Source: Stramenopiles sp. TOSAG23-2 (Eukaryota). From it: a stretch of DNA of 41,213 nt. Made by a program: the position numbers and the translations under genes. The notes under the pieces were generated by a model. That model made no database searches, was not told the DNA's origin, and saw only the letters and a program-made list of their open reading frames with translations. Every line of letters begins with the position of its first letter. Within the stretch, counting starts at the first letter, position 1. This document shows positions 37,120-41,213 of this stretch, one piece after another. The DNA is taken from assembly GCA_900128395.1 (NCBI GenBank), contig LT649303.1:1-41213 (forward strand). The letters are read 5' to 3'.

Positions 37120-40100
37120 TCACAACTGTTTCAATTGCTGCTCAAGTTGCTTCTTTTGCAAACTAGCTGCTCTCATTTTTTCTCGTTTCTTTTTTCCACC
37201 ACAAAATGCTTTTAATAATTTTTTAAAGCGTGCTTTACTGCGTCTACATTCATCACATATGATCTGTACAACAAATAACTCTTTTGTTTTCTCTTTTGTT
37301 TTTACACTAGGAAATGTATTTATAGTCATAATACGTCGCAACACAGATTGCATCAACTCATCACTTGTAGCCATCCATAAATTGCGAAAGGAATTAACAA
37401 TTTCTTCTAAGACATTTGACGGCATATTTCCATTTGCCGCCATTAAAATTCCATACAAAAGCTGCGGTGCAAGCAATTCTAGCACAATACTTTCATTATT
37501 GGCAAATGTTATGACACTTAAAAAGCAATCTTCCGCCACTTTAATCATTTTACGTCCAGATTTTTGATATTGTATTGTTAAGCCAGCACTAATAACATCA
37601 ACAATATTTTTTGCTATGACATTTGATTTTATTATAAATTGTGGATAAGCCTTCACAAATGTTGATAATAATTCACAAAATATAATACATGCATCCGGAA
37701 GCTCATGCAAAACATTTGGATGTTTCAAAATAATACGAATAATTTCTATTACTGCATTGGTTATTACATCTTCTGCAACATTATTTTTCACTGAAAATTC
37801 TAAAACACTTTTAAAGACATGTAGGTATCCAGTCATATTTTGCCCACCTCGACCTCCAGTGGCATTCAAATCTTGAACAAGCAAGCCTCCAAATCCTTTT
37901 ACAATAGATGTGACATATAGTATCAATTTATTTTGATCATTGCATAAATGAACTTTATTTTCCATATTATCAAAAACGGATTTCATCGCTTTACACAACG
38001 ATTCATTTGCTTCTTCTAAATTAGTCTCATCTTCTGGCGTGCTACTGTTTACAAGATTTCCACCAACCTCACTACCATACGAGAGTAACGAAAATACATT
38101 TTGGCCATATTTTTCAATGAATAATAACGAATGCCACCCAAGTTCCACACCACCATCTATGCTCGTATATGATAAAGGTTTGTATGAGGTAAATATTACT
38201 TCAAGGCATTTACATGCAAACATTAAGTCTGCGCAAGATATGTTCGTAGAACTTTGATTATTATTTGTCGATTGGCTGGCAACTGCATTAAAAATTGGTA
38301 GTAATGGAGATAATAACATTTCTTCTACATTTGTTTGTGGTATATCAGAATTAGCTACAGAGGATGCAATGTAACATAAACCATTCAATATCATAATTGT
38401 ATCTCTTCTATCTTCCAACACAATTACACGTTCCTGTGACCAAAGTTGTTTGCATAAAGATAAGAAATAATTTGGATTTTTTGAAAAATATACCTTGCCA
38501 CAATCCCTAGCAATTTTTTCAAACGCAATAGCCCCGACGTGATTTTGTTTCAATTTTAATGGATAATTCACATCGAAATTCAATTGAATACCTAAACTAC
38601 GAAGTATAATAGAAAACGACGCATCAATATATTTTGGATGAGCAGCTACCCAATTCGACATCTGTCCAATTAAAACAACGGCAGAACAATGTACACCATG
38701 CAATTGTGGTAAATTTGGAAATAATTGAAATAGACCTTCCCATAATGGTACCAGCACATCGTCATTCTTATTACAAAATTTATTTAATGCCCCAACAGCA
38801 TGTAGTGAAGCCTCTAATTTTTGCCAATTATTGTCCTTCATCGTATCAATATTTTGCAACATTTCCATGGTATCTTTCAATGCTATTTTAACAGTTTGCG
38901 CAAATGTATGAGGACGGCGATTTGCAGCACAAAAATATCTTAAAGTATCCCTTACATCGTTTCTATAATCATGAAATTCTTCACGTTCCATTTCATCATA
39001 TTCATTCTCATATTGTTTTGTATAAATAGCGGCATAGACTATTATTTCAGTTAATTTCTCTATGACTATTTCAATTGGATTTAAGTTACCAACACTTGTA
39101 TAGGAAAAATCACCGACTGTTTGCCAAGCAAATAATGTTGGACGTACAATTTCCCAATTTGAATTCATAGTTGCATGCATCAATATAGTTAACAAAGGCT
39201 TCAATAATTCAATTGCAACATTTTTATCATCAATTTTTTTCAAAGAAAGTGGAACAAGTATATTGCATAAAAAACAAAATATCTGTACATATCGTTGCAA
39301 TTTAAATTCTTCTACATCATCGTCGTTATGGTCATTATTATTTCCATTATTGTTATTAACAACACTTGCCGTTTTCCGTGTTTGAATTTTTGCAGCAAGT
39401 TGTATAAATGCATTTGATAAGGAATCTTTGACAATATTAAATAATGCTTGAATTAAATTTTCCATATGCTCCTGCGTAAAAAATTCTTTATTTAATATAC
39501 TATAATCACTACCATCTTTATTTTGTTTTCGTCTTTTTTTTTCTTCAACAGGTTCTTCCATAGATTCTGCAACATTCATAATAAATTCTGAACTTGCTTG
39601 TAACAATTTTTCTTCCTTCGATGATATTAATATTTCCACAACACCTTTCATTAAATTACAATTTGCAAGAAATTTACCAGGTACACAATTTGTAATGATA
39701 TATGCATTAAAACCACGTATAGCAAGTTCTTGTAATATTACTGCCATTGCATTGTTATTTTGTGATTCTGCTGCTAATGATAAGTAAAAGTCATGTATGT
39801 TTGATATTTTTAAGCGAAGGTATCTATGATAATCAATTCGTCGTTGTGGTGGCAATCCAGCTGCACCTCTATTTGTCGAAATTTCTGGTAAAGCTGATAA
39901 AATAAATGCCACACCAACTGGTGGAAATGATACAATAATATCATCAATTGTTTTAACATAATCATACACAGCAGGCCATCTGGCAATTTGTGCAGTAAAT
40001 GCAGCAGAGAGTTGCTTTAAAAGCGGTGGATCAAAATCTCTCATACTACTATAATGTACAAATATTTCAGTCATTGATTTACGAACTTCATTACCGACTA

Positions 40101-40434
40101 AAACTAAATCTTGTCTATTCGGATCAATAGCAGGTGGTCCTCTTCTTGATTTGTAAGATAATACTTGAGCAGCAAATAATTTTTCACCAGATGACGAATC
40201 ACCGGATTTCAATGTTTCAATAGCAGCTCTCCAAGCAAGCGTTGACTTTCTAAATTTCATAATCCACGTACTTGCTTCTTTATTTCCACTCTCCAATGTT
40301 AATTTTACATAATGATGATATTTTTTTAATTCATAAACATTATTATCTTGATTTTGCATTTGATTTTGAAACTGTTCTTGATGTTTTATATAATGTTGAT
40401 TATGTACATAATTTGGATCCTTATTTGGATCCAT
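37120..40434 (-). CDS. Importin-beta-family karyopherin, transportin-3/importin-13 (Mtr10/MOS14)-like
   Basis: N-terminal A..W...F..S..AW and LFAAQVL pattern; EEFHDYRNDVRDTL, WQKLEASL and IGQMSNWVAAHP; helical HEAT-like composition. Confidence 0.75.
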   Translation of the reverse strand: MDPNKDPNYVHNQHYIKHQEQFQNQMQNQDNNVYELKKYHHYVKLTLESGNKEASTWIMKFRKSTLAWRAAIETLKSGDSSSGEKLFAAQVLSYKSRRGPPAIDPNRQDLVLVGNEVRKSMTEIFVHYSSMRDFDPPLLKQLSAAFTAQIARWPAVYDYVKTIDDIIVSFPPVGVAFILSALPEISTNRGAAGLPPQRRIDYHRYLRLKISNIHDFYLSLAAESQNNNAMAVILQELAIRGFNAYIITNCVPGKFLANCNLMKGVVEILISSKEEKLLQASSEFIMNVAESMEEPVEEKKRRKQNKDGSDYSILNKEFFTQEHMENLIQALFNIVKDSLSNAFIQLAAKIQTRKTASVVNNNNGNNNDHNDDDVEEFKLQRYVQIFCFLCNILVPLSLKKIDDKNVAIELLKPLLTILMHATMNSNWEIVRPTLFAWQTVGDFSYTSVGNLNPIEIVIEKLTEIIVYAAIYTKQYENEYDEMEREEFHDYRNDVRDTLRYFCAANRRPHTFAQTVKIALKDTMEMLQNIDTMKDNNWQKLEASLHAVGALNKFCNKNDDVLVPLWEGLFQLFPNLPQLHGVHCSAVVLIGQMSNWVAAHPKYIDASFSIILRSLGIQLNFDVNYPLKLKQNHVGAIAFEKIARDCGKVYFSKNPNYFLSLCKQLWSQERVIVLEDRRDTIMILNGLCYIASSVANSDIPQTNVEEMLLSPLLPIFNAVASQSTNNNQSSTNISCADLMFACKCLEVIFTSYKPLSYTSIDGGVELGWHSLLFIEKYGQNVFSLLSYGSEVGGNLVNSSTPEDETNLEEANESLCKAMKSVFDNMENKVHLCNDQNKLILYVTSIVKGFGGLLVQDLNATGGRGGQNMTGYLHVFKSVLEFSVKNNVAEDVITNAVIEIIRIILKHPNVLHELPDACIIFCELLSTFVKAYPQFIIKSNVIAKNIVDVISAGLTIQYQKSGRKMIKVAEDCFLSVITFANNESIVLELLAPQLLYGILMAANGNMPSNVLEEIVNSFRNLWMATSDELMQSVLRRIMTINTFPSVKTKEKTKELFVVQIICDECRRSKARFKKLLKAFCGGKKKREKMRAASLQKKQLEQQLKQL

Positions 40435-40656
40435 TGTTTGGTTGTTGTTGTTGTTATATGGAAGGATTTATATATGTATATGTATAGATATGTATAGTTA
40501 TGACACCTTTACACACACATATCTCTGAGACGTACAAAATAGTCGTCAATTGATCGATCTTGTGGTGCGTTTTTTGTTGTTTGTTGTTGTTGTTGTTGAT
40601 GATAGTATCTTTTTTTTTTTTATTATTTTAGAATTATATACGCATGCACATATCAT

Positions 40657-41007
40657 ACTCGAGTGAAACTTGGCACTAAAACTGGTGCGACATTCCAATA
40701 CTATCTTTTTAAAGGTTTTTATGTTACAAAAAAATATCATATAAACATATATTATACAAAGTTTAAATTATTTATACATTTCGGATATATTAATATAAAA
40801 ATAGACAATTAGTCTTTTAACCTTCTAAACTGCGACATGTTCTGTCGAAATCAAACTATATCAGTGGATTTCAGTTTATTAAATGTTTCAAAATATATAG
40901 GTATAATATTATATCCGTAATTTTTTTGCGGAAATTTGGTTTGTTTAGATATTTTTAGAAATTTTGGTAACCTATAAATTCCTCCAAGTGCCAAGTTTTT
41001 CCCGAGT
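40657..41007. mobile_element. MITE-like element: about 350 bp of AT-rich sequence bounded by 21-bp imperfect inverted repeats
   Basis: ACTCGAGTGAAACTTGGCACT (40657-40677) vs AGTGCCAAGTTTTTCCCGAGT (40987-41007): 18/21 complementary. Confidence 0.5.
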
Positions 41008-41213
41008 TCTTCGCTGCGCTCATATTTTAAGGTATGGGCTGTAGCAGGGAAGAACGAAGGGAATCGAGTAGGGTAAAATAAAAAATTATTGTTATTATAT
41101 TAATATATATAGGATATTGTAGTTGGTAGTATATAAATATATATGAATTATTCTGCCCATATCCCAAACCCTTCCACTTGTTGATACCCGTTTGATCCAT
41201 CTCTTTTATATTG

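Noticed and set aside
977-40740. Short antisense or overlapping ORFs in the track (e.g. 977..1390, 14156..14563, 16967..17395, 18772..19311, 36995..37567)
   Set aside because: They are shadows of real genes or products of microsatellites and duplications; low complexity with no motifs.

Overview
AT-rich, gene-dense eukaryotic (protist-like) scaffold read with the standard genetic code. It holds about 12 apparently intronless genes: TVP38/TMEM64 (VTT domain), a secreted Cys-rich protein of unknown function, UBE2J1/Ubc6, a TBC/EF-hand RabGAP, a Tudor/MBT-like protein, DBP3 helicase, SNU13, a SETDB1/SUV39-like histone methyltransferase carrying an ATRX-type ADD finger, a 3865-aa multidomain surface protein, a multipass membrane protein, an orphan protein and a transportin-3/importin-13-like karyopherin. 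About 17 head-to-tail duplications of 99-380 bp occur. Several frameshift conserved genes and two carry allelic differences, so they are most probably assembly artefacts. Most interesting: (1) the ADD + split-SET fusion, a putative H3K9 reader-writer; (2) the giant protein, whose Kelch and LamG-like domains are split by nested 'Russian-doll' domain insertions; (3) a LYAR-like domain on DBP3; (4) a short dispersed element with a target-site-like duplication, plus a MITE-like inverted repeat; (5) recurrent 3'-intergenic motifs. All family calls are from motif recognition, with no database search.
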